Virus record (IMG/VR): IMGVR_UViG_3300027874_000015
Coordinates: 1-50,184 of that record
Direction: 5' to 3' (one strand)
Length of the DNA stretch: 50,184 bases
DNA from: a virus
Lineage: Duplodnaviria > Caudoviricetes
Of the stretch, positions 23,464 to 32,561 are shown piece after piece. The first letter of the stretch is position 1, and the number at the start of each line of letters is the position of its first letter. A program made the position numbers and the translations under genes. The notes below the pieces were generated by a model. That model saw nothing but the letters and a program-made list of their open reading frames with translations, made no database searches and was not told the origin of the DNA.

Positions 23464-24144
23464 CTACGTAAGTTGGTCCTTCCAAGTGAACAAAATCGAA
23501 TCGTTGTTGTTCAACGCGATGCCGGCAAAATCCGCATGCGCAAAGCACGATCCGCCTTTTGCTGTCGTGTTGGCGTAGGTTGCAGTCTGGCCGCCCAATG
23601 AGGCATTGGTGGCTGCAAGCCCATCGGCGCCCGAGGTCGCCGTAGCGCCAATAGCGTGAGCCGCGGCCGCAGAACCCAACTGCGCGCGCACCACCGTGAG
23701 AGTGGAGGCGCCCTGGCCGGCGGTCACCAATTGAACTTCGTTCTCAACCTGGATGTAAAAGTTGCCCGACGCAGGGCCAATGGTGGCGCCCAGCGTGATC
23801 GTCGTGGCGCCCGACGCCTGCGAGGCCGAGGCGATGGTTGAGGTCGACGCAGCGGTCGTGGTGTCAAAGAGCCCAGCCTCTGTAATGGTTTTGCTGTTGG
23901 TGGCGGTGATGGTCCCGGTCACTTGGTAGGTGTCGGCAAGATAACTGGTTGAGACGAGAGAACTGACTCCGGCAACACGCGCTTCGGTCTGCGGACCGAA
24001 CAGCGCCACGTCGGAGTTGGCTGAAGCAGTGGTCGCACCAGAACCCCAGCCAATATTTTTCGGCTCGGTCGGCGAGCCCGCCGCCTTGATGAATGCCCAG
24101 ATCAAAGAACGTCCGGCGAAAGTCGCAGTTGCAACGTTAGCCAT
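23464..24144 (-). CDS. Virion structural protein (collar/fibre-base-like)
   Basis: IGWGSG...TITEAGLFD...IALNNNDSILFTW pattern; A/T/S-rich; GGAGG RBS. Confidence 0.6.
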   Translation of the reverse strand: MANVATATFAGRSLIWAFIKAAGSPTEPKNIGWGSGATTASANSDVALFGPQTEARVAGVSSLVSTSYLADTYQVTGTITATNSKTITEAGLFDTTTAASTSTIASASQASGATTITLGATIGPASGNFYIQVENEVQLVTAGQGASTLTVVRAQLGSAAAAHAIGATATSGADGLAATNASLGGQTATYANTTAKGGSCFAHADFAGIALNNNDSILFTWKDQLT

Positions 24145-25504
24145 CGCAAGCCTCCTTGTTTCGACGGCGGTCGACTTTGTCGAACAGCTCGTCACGGACT
24201 TGCTGCATCACGCTCCTCCAATCGTCAGTTTTGTCCTGGCGATACAGACGCAGCGACGGATACCAAGGACTATCGGATCTGTCGGTCATCCAGACCCAAT
24301 AAGGGTTTTTGCAAAGCACCACCCACGCCGGCACGCCCAGCGCGCCCGCGAGGTGAGCGATCGACGTGCAGCAGGTGATGACGAGGTCCATTTGCAGCAG
24401 CGCAGTGGCAGCGACCAGCAGTCCGCGCTCCCCGAGTTGCGGACCGAGATCGCAAACAAGATCATGCGCACCAAGACGTTCAATGTCTCGCTGCCCAGTT
24501 CCGACTTGCAGCCCGTACAGCCAAACATGCGGGTGCTCGGCGAACCGCAGCATCAACTCCAACGGAATCGAACGTTCTCCATTGCGGTCCTGCGCCGGAT
24601 TGCCGGTCCAGCAGATGCCGACACGAAACGCGTCGGGCCCCAGCGGGCGAGGCACGTTTGCTGGCCCCATCATCATCTGCTGCAAGGTCCTCGACTTGAT
24701 CAGACCAGGGTCCAGCGGCAGGTTTTCCAACGTGGCGCGGTAATGCCAGGGCAGCGAGCCCATCACCACCGCGTAATCGCATGGCGGGATCGGCGTGCCC
24801 TCGGGGACGTAGGACACTGCGCCCGATGAGATAAACCCCCACAACAGCACCGCCACCTGATGCGAGCAGCACATGTAGACCCGCCCGCCGAGCCCGACTT
24901 GATCAGACAGCCAAAGCAGGAAACGGGAAAACAGGATGGTGTCGCCGATACCCTGCTCGACACAGACGAAAAGCATTTTCCCCCGCAGATCCTCACCGGC
25001 CCAGTACGGAAAGGTGAACTTCGGATAAAGCGGCTTGCCCTCTTTTTGTCTGAAGGGTATCCGCGCCTCGTACTCCTCGAAACCACGAGCATAGTCTCCC
25101 AGCGACAGTCGCATCATGCCGCGGCACCACTTGGCGTTCAGATAATCGGGGTTGAGCGCCAGCGCCTGCTCGAAGCATGACTCCGCCAGATCGTAATTGC
25201 CGAGGTTTTCGTGGATTAGCGCTTTGTTGTGGTACGCCTCGGCGAAGTTCTGATCCATGCCGAGCGCGCGATTGATGCAGGCCAGCGCCTCTTCATAGTC
25301 CCGCTGGCGCCACAGCAACGTCGCCAGATTGCTCCACATCTCGCGCGAGTTGGGCTGCACCGCGATGGCGCGCTTCATCTCGACGGTGGCCACCGCAGCA
25401 TGGCGGTAGTCCTGCCCGCGCATCAACGCGATATCGTTCAGCTCCTTCACCGCCTCGTGCACGGGGCGGTAGACCTTCGCTTTGGGCAGTTGAATAACAC
25501 TCAC
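24137..25504 (-). CDS. TPR-repeat glycosyltransferase (GT9-like C-terminal domain)
   Basis: N-terminal TPRs (AEAYHNKA...ALALNPDY); EQGIGDTILFSRF; VGICWTGNP; MDLVITCCTSIAHLAGALGVP; SPWYPSLRLYRQ. Confidence 0.9.
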   Translation of the reverse strand: MSVIQLPKAKVYRPVHEAVKELNDIALMRGQDYRHAAVATVEMKRAIAVQPNSREMWSNLATLLWRQRDYEEALACINRALGMDQNFAEAYHNKALIHENLGNYDLAESCFEQALALNPDYLNAKWCRGMMRLSLGDYARGFEEYEARIPFRQKEGKPLYPKFTFPYWAGEDLRGKMLFVCVEQGIGDTILFSRFLLWLSDQVGLGGRVYMCCSHQVAVLLWGFISSGAVSYVPEGTPIPPCDYAVVMGSLPWHYRATLENLPLDPGLIKSRTLQQMMMGPANVPRPLGPDAFRVGICWTGNPAQDRNGERSIPLELMLRFAEHPHVWLYGLQVGTGQRDIERLGAHDLVCDLGPQLGERGLLVAATALLQMDLVITCCTSIAHLAGALGVPAWVVLCKNPYWVWMTDRSDSPWYPSLRLYRQDKTDDWRSVMQQVRDELFDKVDRRRNKEACDG

Positions 25505-25518
25505 AGTAACCTCATAAT
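25490..25518 (+). promoter_or_regulatory. Sigma70-like promoter, antisense to the operon
   Basis: TTGAAT-N17-CATAAT. Confidence 0.5.
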
Positions 25519-25522
25519 GTCA

Positions 25523-25587
25523 CGCGGCGTGGTGGGGCGAGGCATGGCTGGGCGGGGTTTGATTGGGCACGGTAAAGCGAGGCGAGG
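25523..25587 (+). repeat. Degenerate NNNGG pentamer tract (13 units)
   Basis: cgcgg cgtgg tgggg cgagg catgg ctggg cgggg tttga ttggg cacgg taaag cgagg cgagg. Confidence 0.8.
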
Positions 25588-25602
25588 ACACGAAGTACGG
25601 CA

Positions 25603-25872
25603 TCAGCCTTCAGCCGCGAATGAGGCGACGACTTTGGAGTCGGCGAGGAACAAGTTCTTCGCTGCTTCAATGTCGTCGCCTAAAAACCTCAGTTTAACAC
25701 TGCCGTTGACCCGATCATCAGCCACCAACTCAACCTCAAATGCATCAACCGAAACCAACATTTCTCGGCCATTGACAATGCCTTTGGCGGCGGTCGATGT
25801 GGTATGCGGGCCTTGAACGGTATAGAGCGCCGTTATTGCGGGCGCGGGCGCGACGGCCTGTGTGTCAGCCAT
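25603..25872 (-). CDS. Hypothetical protein
   Basis: MADTQAV start preceded by AGGAG RBS. Confidence 0.6.
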   Translation of the reverse strand: MADTQAVAPAPAITALYTVQGPHTTSTAAKGIVNGREMLVSVDAFEVELVADDRVNGSVKLRFLGDDIEAAKNLFLADSKVVASFAAEG

Positions 25873-26183
25873 TGCTTTGCTCCTTTGAGTTTGATCAGAC
25901 ACCACTTGAAAGCGAGGATCAGATTCCAGGTCCATCGCGGCATTGAGGAAACGATCTCGCCGAGGTCGCGATTGCTGCGGCGTCGTTGGCCGCAGTTCGG
26001 GCAGGTATAACCGACAGGCTCGTTGTGAGCGTTTTGTCTAAAGCACCCGGGATACATGATCCGAGTGGTGGCATCGGCCTTGTAGACGCCGGGCGCGCCA
26101 CAGTGCTGGCATGCATGGATCACGACGGCTTCAAGCGAACGGCGCGTGATCCCCAGTGTGATGTTGGCTTGCTGCTCGGTCAC
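25833..26183 (-). CDS. Hypothetical Zn-ribbon protein
   Basis: CQHC and CPNC pairs; GTGA overlap with upstream gene. Confidence 0.5.
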   Translation of the reverse strand: MTEQQANITLGITRRSLEAVVIHACQHCGAPGVYKADATTRIMYPGCFRQNAHNEPVGYTCPNCGQRRRSNRDLGEIVSSMPRWTWNLILAFKWCLIKLKGAKQWLTHRPSRPRPQ

Positions 26184-26491
26184 GGATCGAGCCTCAGATC
26201 CTTGGGCATATTCGAGAGATAGGCGGCGAGGTTCGGATGCATCCGAACCCGCGACTTGGTTTCACCCGGCTGGATAGCGATCTTCTCGCCATCGAAGTCG
26301 TGGATGACACGAAGCGCTTTCGGATTCAGGTTGGTCACGTCGTAGGTCACCGCTTCGGCGTTCTTGGCCTTCTCGGCCAGCTCCGCCAGAAACTTCTCGC
26401 GCGGCGTCATCGTCGTGGCCTCCTGATCACTCGGGCCAACCTCGTTGCTCCACGGCCTGATATTGGCCGTGCCAGTCAGTTCTTTCGCCAT
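26180..26491 (-). CDS. Small capsid-adjacent protein
   Basis: Directly downstream of the major capsid gene; YDVTN...RVIHD...IQPGET motif. Confidence 0.6.
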   Translation of the reverse strand: MAKELTGTANIRPWSNEVGPSDQEATTMTPREKFLAELAEKAKNAEAVTYDVTNLNPKALRVIHDFDGEKIAIQPGETKSRVRMHPNLAAYLSNMPKDLRLDP

Positions 26492-26503
26492 GGTTCTCTC
26501 CGG

Positions 26504-27466
26504 TTACGGCGAGCCGACCCCCGAGATACCGTCGGTATAACGGATGGCGCCGGAACGCCTGATCTCGACCGAGCCGACACGGAAGATGCCGGGCACGTCG
26601 AACGCCAAGGCCGAGCGCTGATACACCGGCAAGAACCGGTGCGGCATCGGCACATGCAGTTTGAGCACGCGCGGGTCGCGGCGGTAGGTGATCATGCGGC
26701 CGCCGCCGTCTGCGCCTGCCGAATCCAGACCGAGAACGCCCCTGATCGTGAGCGGCGCGCCGGTCGTGGCGGTGTAAAGGTTGTATTTCTGCAGATAGTC
26801 CAGCGCGTTCCCGTAGGTGTTGAGGATGCGGATGTTGGCGAGTCTCTGCACTTCGCCGATTGGCAGCAGCACAGTATCCGCCATTTCCACAGTCAGCGAG
26901 CCCTGGTAGACGCCGGTCAGACTGTCCTGTACGTCGGTAATGATCTCGTCGGCGGTTTTCAGCGACCAGTGCGTGCTTCCGGAGCCTCCGGTCTTCGCAG
27001 TGACAACGGTGGGGTATGTAGAATTGAACAACCCAGCGAAGTTCTTTACCGTAGAACCCTTATACGCCAGTTGGTCCATAAACATCTCGTAAGCAAAGCG
27101 CGCGGCTTCAGCGCGCTCGGCGGTAAGGTTCATGCCGGGTATCGACATGGCCTGACCCAGCTCTTCGAGAGTGTATGTGTATCCGATTCCAGCCATCTCG
27201 ATACTCTGATCGCGCTTATCCCGGTTAATATCGGCATAAGGGATATCGTTGGCGAGATGGTTCAGCCAGTTCGCAGCGCCGACCTTATCGACGCTATAGT
27301 ATGTGATAATCTTCGCCCACTCACCCGCAGCAGTATCGATAGGTATCAACTGCGAGTAAATGATTTCGGGGTACTGCACGCGAAAAATTTCGGCCTCGAT
27401 GTAGGCAGCCTGACTCTGCAGAAAGGACAATGCCTGTTGAGGATTGTCGTAGATGTCCATACGCAT
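26504..27466 (-). CDS. Major capsid protein (DUF2184 type, HK97 fold)
   Basis: 320 aa; GIGYTYTLEEL, YRRDPRVLKLHVPMP motifs; GGAGG RBS; synteny. Confidence 0.9.
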   Translation of the reverse strand: MRMDIYDNPQQALSFLQSQAAYIEAEIFRVQYPEIIYSQLIPIDTAAGEWAKIITYYSVDKVGAANWLNHLANDIPYADINRDKRDQSIEMAGIGYTYTLEELGQAMSIPGMNLTAERAEAARFAYEMFMDQLAYKGSTVKNFAGLFNSTYPTVVTAKTGGSGSTHWSLKTADEIITDVQDSLTGVYQGSLTVEMADTVLLPIGEVQRLANIRILNTYGNALDYLQKYNLYTATTGAPLTIRGVLGLDSAGADGGGRMITYRRDPRVLKLHVPMPHRFLPVYQRSALAFDVPGIFRVGSVEIRRSGAIRYTDGISGVGSP

Positions 27467-27533
27467 GGTTATTACCTCCTATCCATGCATGCGTCGTTCG
27501 GCATCAACGACGTTGGTTGACGGGAATGGGTGA

Positions 27534-28013
27534 TTACTTCGTGGAGATGTTTCCGACGCGCAGAACAGCGAGCACCGGCGTGCCGGCGCTGCCGGCAGCG
27601 GTCGTCATCCAACGCGCATTGGGGTAGGTGGTGCCGGCAATTCCGAACTTGCCGGTGGCCGCTTCGAACACAACAGAAGCCGTCGCCGGGGAGACACTGG
27701 CATAGGCATAGACCCAGATGTCGCCCTTGGTGAGCACGCCCGCATTGTCATACTGGGAGTACTTGTCGACAGTGACGCCCACCGCCTGCGGCAGCGTAGT
27801 GTCGGCGCGGGTGACACCCACCGGGTTGGAACCGCCGATGACGCAGCCGTCATCGTTGGTGCCCTGGCTCACCGCGAGCCCGAAGCCGATCCCGGCCGCG
27901 GTTTCGACGATGCGGGAATCGCCATCCCAGTTGACCTCGTCGGCGAGCATGCCGTTCTGGGCCACCGGCTGATAGCGAGGGTAAGTCGACTGAAGGGGTG
28001 CAGGTTGCAACAT
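27534..28013 (-). CDS. Capsid decoration/cement protein
   Basis: IGFGLAVSQG...GVLTKGDIWV; between the protease-scaffold and major capsid genes. Confidence 0.75.
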   Translation of the reverse strand: MLQPAPLQSTYPRYQPVAQNGMLADEVNWDGDSRIVETAAGIGFGLAVSQGTNDDGCVIGGSNPVGVTRADTTLPQAVGVTVDKYSQYDNAGVLTKGDIWVYAYASVSPATASVVFEAATGKFGIAGTTYPNARWMTTAAGSAGTPVLAVLRVGNISTK

Positions 28014-28043
28014 GGCTCAATCCTTTCTGTTTGTTGCAGTGAA

Positions 28044-30857
28044 TTACGCGCGGCCCATCTTCCAGGCTTCGCTGAGCTGCTTGTTGCGCTCGGCGTAAGC
28101 CGCGTCCCTGATGGCCTTGATGTCGGTGCCGCCGCCGCCGAACTGCAGCCCGGAAAGGCTGTCGGCGAGCCGGTCGGTGCCGGTCTTCGGCTTGATGGTG
28201 GAGGCGATCACCTTGAAGGCGCCGCTGATCTCGCCGTCCGACATCGTGCGCACGGCATCACCGAGCTGCGAGGTGACGACGATGCGACGGATGTCCGCCA
28301 GCTCCTTGCCAGTGAAGTCGATCTTGTTGTCGGTCGCCGCTACTGCCTTCGACACGACTTCCAAACGTTCCTTGACGGCGGCATCGATCGCTGCCGGGCC
28401 GCTTGCCGCCTTGGCGTCTTCGAGCTGCTTCTTGAGAACGGCGATCTCGCCCTTGAGCGCGTCATTCTCACCGCGGGTTTTCTTCTCTTCCTCCTGCTCT
28501 TCCTCGGCCTCGTCGGCTTTCTTCTTGGCGTCGGCAAGGTCCTTGGTGATCTTGGTGATGAAGGTCTGCACGTAGTTCGCAGCGGCCTCATCACCGAAGT
28601 CCACGCTGCGACCATCAATGAGAATCCTAACAGTCATGGCGGTATCTCCTTTGCCATCGTCCCCGATTTTCAATTGCGATCCGCCTCTGGCAGCGGGGAC
28701 AACCGCCAAATGGTTTCCTCGGATACGAGTCTGGATTGCGTCATAGGTTTCGCCGCTCGGCGTCTTGCCTTTCTCCCATTTGAGATCAGTCGAATACCCC
28801 ACCGACAATTCGCGCACCCCGAACTTTTCATACGCCTCGATGGCGCGAGCGTCGGTAATCATCATCGGAATGCGCACACAGTCGCCGTCGCGAGATACTT
28901 CGTCGCCGGTATAACCGACCGCGTATTCTTTCCAATTGCCCGCATCCACCATGATGGGGGGGTGATCGAGCGTTACTGGCTTGTGCGCCAAGCTTTTCAG
29001 CGAGCGGTGTGAAAACACTTCCTCCGGCGGGCGATAAACCCGCACGATACTCAGATCCGGGCGACCAACCTCGGTGCCGCCGTACTCCTGGATACCGGTC
29101 CTTGAAATACGCGCCGAAGCGACCAGATATCCGTCCTTGGTCTTGCGTGGCTTGCCGTCGAAGACGACGTCGACTCGATCGTTCAGCGAGATGCGTGCGG
29201 CATCTTCGAGATCCTCGTCGTCATCGTCATCTTCATCCGGATCAGCATCTTCGACGTACCCAGAACCACCGCAGGTCGGGCACTCGTCGCCGTCATCATC
29301 CTCGCCGGTGCCACCGCAGGTGGGGCAGGTATCGTCCGCGTCGGTGGCGGCCCAGTCGAGTTGCAGCTCGCGCATCTTAGCGATGCCGCCCATGATGACG
29401 CCGTCATCGTAGAGCGGCTGGTTGCTCGGATGCGACGCATCCCAGTTCTCCGGCAGCATTTCGGTGGCGCCGAGCGCGCGGGCGCGCTTCTTGATGTGAG
29501 CCTTCGCTGCTGCCTTGTTGCCGGCGCGACCGAATGCGCGAATTGCGTTAGCGAGATCACCCTTGTTCTCGATCGGAAAACCACCGCCGGGCATCGCCTT
29601 GCCCGACTTCGCCAGCTCTTTGCGGCGTTCGGCAGAGAACTCTTTGTCCATGCCGTCGCCGTGCGAACCCCATCTCCTGGTGTGGCCGTAGGCCTGCACG
29701 TGCGCCTGCTTCCAGCCCGGCGTCTGCACGCGATAGCCGCCAACCCACTCACTGGCCTTGCCGCGCTTCTCTTTTTCCTTCTTGCGCGCGGCCCGCGCAG
29801 CTGCGGAGGCTTCACGTGCGGCTTCCGACCATGCGTCCGTGCGCATATGCCTATCCTTTGCTGATTTGTGCCCCTTGCCGCCGGTGAAATCCTCGGCGGC
29901 GTAGAGCAAAGTGACGATGTCGGTATCGACGCGGCGGACGTTCATTCGCTTGTCGTCGGCGAGCACGTTGTCGCGTGCATCGATGCCGACGCGCGCCGCC
30001 CATGAGTGGTGTCCATCGAGAATGTAATTGTCCCGGCTCACGACGATCGGCCGATCCATCAGCTTGGCCGCAGCCTCGGGGTCGTAACCGAACTTGCCTT
30101 CACCGGTTTCCAGGAAATGCGCCTGCAGCGCGACCTGCGATCCCTTCAATTCATTCTGCGTCGCGCGCAGATGCGAGGCGTATTCCTGATCCTCACTGAC
30201 TTTGTAACCACGTCCCTGCATCCATTTGACGAAGTCCGCGGCGTCACCGGGCTTGCCATCATCGGCGAGCTGCGGCATCTGCACGCGCGGTATGCCGATC
30301 GACTCGGCGCAGAACAGGTTGGTGCCGGCCACCGACACGTTGCAGAGATCGAAGTTCGGTGCCTTCTCGCCGCGCGCAATAGCTTCCTTAGCAATGGCGC
30401 CGAGACGATCGAGCAGCGTCGCCACCTCACGGGGCTGATTCAGTTCGACCTTGCGGTTCTCGTACAGCGCACGCGCGGCATCATCGACATTCGAAGTGTG
30501 GATTACGCCATGCTCGTCGACGCGGGCTTCTGCCGAATAACCTTCGCCAGGGTGATTGTGATTGGCGCCGTGCTGCCACGTCTCACTGGTCTCGCCGCGC
30601 TCCGCACCGCCACTGCCGCCGCCTGAAGTCCATTTGCCCTGGGGATCGCGCGGTTGATCGGGATCGAACGCGTCTTTGGCGACCCACTTCTCGCCCTTCT
30701 TGCGGTAGCGCTTTTTCGTGGCTGCCCAAGCTATTTTGTGCGCCGTCTCCTCACCGTATTTCTCAACGGCGGCGTTGAACGCTGCGGCATAGATGCGTTG
30801 GCCGTGCTTCGGCACGTGCTCGGTACCGCTCGGTATCTGGCCCTTTGCATACGGCAT
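28044..30857 (-). CDS. Multi-domain prohead protease/scaffold: ChaB + ParB-like + small domains + Zn finger + DUF2213 + coiled coil
   Basis: MPY...IYAAAFNAA...AHKIAWAATKKRY (ChaB); ATQNEL...PIVVSRDNYILDGHH (ParB/Srx-like); GYLVASARISRTGIQEY...RELSVGY...NHLAVVPAARGG (DUF2213); GAGGTG RBS before ATG at 30857. Confidence 0.8.
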   Translation of the reverse strand: MPYAKGQIPSGTEHVPKHGQRIYAAAFNAAVEKYGEETAHKIAWAATKKRYRKKGEKWVAKDAFDPDQPRDPQGKWTSGGGSGGAERGETSETWQHGANHNHPGEGYSAEARVDEHGVIHTSNVDDAARALYENRKVELNQPREVATLLDRLGAIAKEAIARGEKAPNFDLCNVSVAGTNLFCAESIGIPRVQMPQLADDGKPGDAADFVKWMQGRGYKVSEDQEYASHLRATQNELKGSQVALQAHFLETGEGKFGYDPEAAAKLMDRPIVVSRDNYILDGHHSWAARVGIDARDNVLADDKRMNVRRVDTDIVTLLYAAEDFTGGKGHKSAKDRHMRTDAWSEAAREASAAARAARKKEKEKRGKASEWVGGYRVQTPGWKQAHVQAYGHTRRWGSHGDGMDKEFSAERRKELAKSGKAMPGGGFPIENKGDLANAIRAFGRAGNKAAAKAHIKKRARALGATEMLPENWDASHPSNQPLYDDGVIMGGIAKMRELQLDWAATDADDTCPTCGGTGEDDDGDECPTCGGSGYVEDADPDEDDDDDEDLEDAARISLNDRVDVVFDGKPRKTKDGYLVASARISRTGIQEYGGTEVGRPDLSIVRVYRPPEEVFSHRSLKSLAHKPVTLDHPPIMVDAGNWKEYAVGYTGDEVSRDGDCVRIPMMITDARAIEAYEKFGVRELSVGYSTDLKWEKGKTPSGETYDAIQTRIRGNHLAVVPAARGGSQLKIGDDGKGDTAMTVRILIDGRSVDFGDEAAANYVQTFITKITKDLADAKKKADEAEEEQEEEKKTRGENDALKGEIAVLKKQLEDAKAASGPAAIDAAVKERLEVVSKAVAATDNKIDFTGKELADIRRIVVTSQLGDAVRTMSDGEISGAFKVIASTIKPKTGTDRLADSLSGLQFGGGGTDIKAIRDAAYAERNKQLSEAWKMGRA

Positions 30858-30919
30858 CGTCACCTCGCGTGTGTTCCAGGCGCGGTACAACCATTGCAAA
30901 AAAGAGCCCTTGGCCCCCT

Positions 30920-30948
30920 CTTGCAAACTGGAAGATACTTCCTATATT
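30920..30948 (+). promoter_or_regulatory. Promoter P1 with palindromic operator GGAAG-ATA-CTTCC in the spacer
   Basis: cTTGCAA-N16-TATATT; near-identical copy at 32561. Confidence 0.75.
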
Positions 30949-30970
30949 AGGAGTGTAGAAAGGAAACCAA

Positions 30971-31048
30971 ATGTTCCCCGTCCTGATCGTTCTCGCTTCG
31001 CTCATTGGCGCCAGCTACGTCGTTCTTAGCGACGGCGGCGCCGCCTAA
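30971..31048 (+). CDS. 25-aa hydrophobic peptide (MFPVLIVLASLIGASYVVLSDGGAA)
   Basis: GAAAGGAAACCA RBS directly after P1; below the ORF-track cutoff. Confidence 0.55.
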   Translation: MFPVLIVLASLIGASYVVLSDGGAA

Positions 31049-31054
31049 CAGAAA

Positions 31055-31184
31055 GCGTTGCGCATTGAGGCCCACGGGCCTCCTTGCAGAGCGCTTGCTA
31101 AAAAGATCACCGGCCCCGCCAGTTCGGGACCAAATGAAACGCCTGTCGGCCTGTAGTGAGTCCGGCGAGTGGCGGCGGCTGGTG
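31055..31184 (+). ncRNA. Two long imperfect stem-loops (structured leader/processing element)
   Basis: gaggcc-cacg-ggcctc with extended stem (31055-31094); caccggcc/ggctggtg, ccgcca/tggcgg, ggac/gtcc stem (31108-31184). Confidence 0.45.
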
Positions 31185-31202
31185 AAACTGAAAGGAAAAA
31201 AC

Positions 31203-31427
31203 ATGGCTAGGATTAAAGGTGAGGAACTGAACACATTGCGCATTGCAATGTTTGAGACTTTGAAGGTGCACAACCTCCATCCGTTCATGGTCCAGAATGA
31301 GGACCACGCGTGGCAAGTCTATACTAAAGCGCGGAATGAAGGCCGCATCGCGGACTACCACAAGAAATATACAGACGCCCACCTAGCTACAGCCTTCAAG
31401 CAGATATTCAAAGCTGTGCGCGGCTGA
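31203..31427 (+). CDS. Small hypothetical protein (cassette)
   Basis: 74 aa after GAAAGGAAAAAAC RBS. Confidence 0.75.
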   Translation: MARIKGEELNTLRIAMFETLKVHNLHPFMVQNEDHAWQVYTKARNEGRIADYHKKYTDAHLATAFKQIFKAVRG

Positions 31428-31445
31428 ACAATGAAAGGAAACCAA

Positions 31446-31703
31446 ATGACCAAACGCAAATTCGAAAGCCATGACATCATGGTTTGTATCGACTGCGGCT
31501 TTTACTGCGCCAACGGCATGCCCGACGAGCACGAGCCCTCATGGTCGCCCGACAAGTTCGGGAGCCTGTGGGAGAAGGACTGGGACATCGTCAACGGCGA
31601 CAGCGACAAGGACGACGAGTTCTCGTCAACGCCGTGCGAGAGCTGCGGTTCGCGTCTGGGCAGCGCCCGGATGCACTGCGTAGCAATGAAGGAGATCAAG
31701 TGA
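31446..31703 (+). CDS. Small acidic Cys-rich protein (cassette)
   Basis: CIDC and CESC pairs; GAAAGGAAACCA RBS. Confidence 0.75.
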   Translation: MTKRKFESHDIMVCIDCGFYCANGMPDEHEPSWSPDKFGSLWEKDWDIVNGDSDKDDEFSSTPCESCGSRLGSARMHCVAMKEIK

Positions 31704-32104
31704 TGGAAATCAAAATCACCACGTTCTTTCACGACGGCGAGCATGCCGACTTTTCGGCGAGCCGCATGGAAATGGGCAATGACGCAGCACGGATCACTTG
31801 GGCGAACGCCAAACGTGAAGCCGAAACCACCGTGCTGCTCCCGAACGAAGACGCGCTCGACGCGTTCCGGGCCTGGATCAAGGAGTTCGGTGCCTGGGAC
31901 GAAAAAGAGATCGCCTCATGGTCCCCTGTCGAGTGCAACGCGCTCCTGATCCAATTCATCAACGGCAACATCCGCGAGCTGCCCACCGATGACGACGGCG
32001 AGATCGACTGGGACAAGGCCGAACGTCTCGCCAACGAAGGCACCATCGCCGGCAACATCTATCGCGGCGATGATGGCGAAATCTACTTCTACATGGGCAA
32101 TTGA
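31703..32104 (+). CDS. Small acidic protein (cassette)
   Basis: 133 aa, TGATG coupling, AAGGAG RBS. Confidence 0.75.
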   Translation: MEIKITTFFHDGEHADFSASRMEMGNDAARITWANAKREAETTVLLPNEDALDAFRAWIKEFGAWDEKEIASWSPVECNALLIQFINGNIRELPTDDDGEIDWDKAERLANEGTIAGNIYRGDDGEIYFYMGN

Positions 32105-32115
32105 AAGGAAACCAA

Positions 32116-32538
32116 ATGAGCATCGACTACGGCATGGGCCGCACCAACATCGACACCGAAACCGGTATCCGGTACGGCGTGATCTCGCAGAACGATGTCA
32201 TGCAAGCCTGGGCGGACAGCTCGGAGCCAGTGTACCCGGAAATGGACAACACCGACACGGACAACGCTGACGAGGATTGTGAACCGATTGGATGGAAATA
32301 CGAGGACGACGGTTATGTTCTAGTCGACTGCCTCGACAGTGATATCATGGTGATCAAGAGCCCGTACTACACGTTCGCGGATTTCTGCTCGCCATGCGTC
32401 CCGGGCGCCGGCAACTTGAACAGCGACAATCCGGACGGCATCAAAACCTACTGCCTCGGACACGATTGGTTCGAGGACGGCAAAGCGCCCTACCCGGTGT
32501 TTTCCATCGCCACCGGCGAGCCTATCAACAAAGACTAA
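32116..32538 (+). CDS. Highly acidic small protein (cassette)
   Basis: 140 aa, D/E-rich, FCSPCVPGAGNL motif; GAAAGGAAACCA RBS. Confidence 0.75.
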   Translation: MSIDYGMGRTNIDTETGIRYGVISQNDVMQAWADSSEPVYPEMDNTDTDNADEDCEPIGWKYEDDGYVLVDCLDSDIMVIKSPYYTFADFCSPCVPGAGNLNSDNPDGIKTYCLGHDWFEDGKAPYPVFSIATGEPINKD

Positions 32539-32541
32539 CAC

Positions 32542-32561
32542 GAGGCCCCTTCGGGGGCCTC
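32542..32561 (+). terminator. Stable UUCG-tetraloop hairpin (terminator or stabiliser)
   Basis: gaggcccc-ttcg-ggggcctc; weak U tract. Confidence 0.55.

Noticed and set aside
26504-27466. Encapsulin/bacteriocin interpretation of the DUF2184 protein
   Set aside because: Context (portal, protease, decoration, neck and tail genes) shows it is the phage major capsid protein
31041-31100. CCGCCTAAC resemblance to a twister ribozyme 5' end
   Set aside because: The remaining twister core and pseudoknots were not found; the match coincides with the peptide's stop codon
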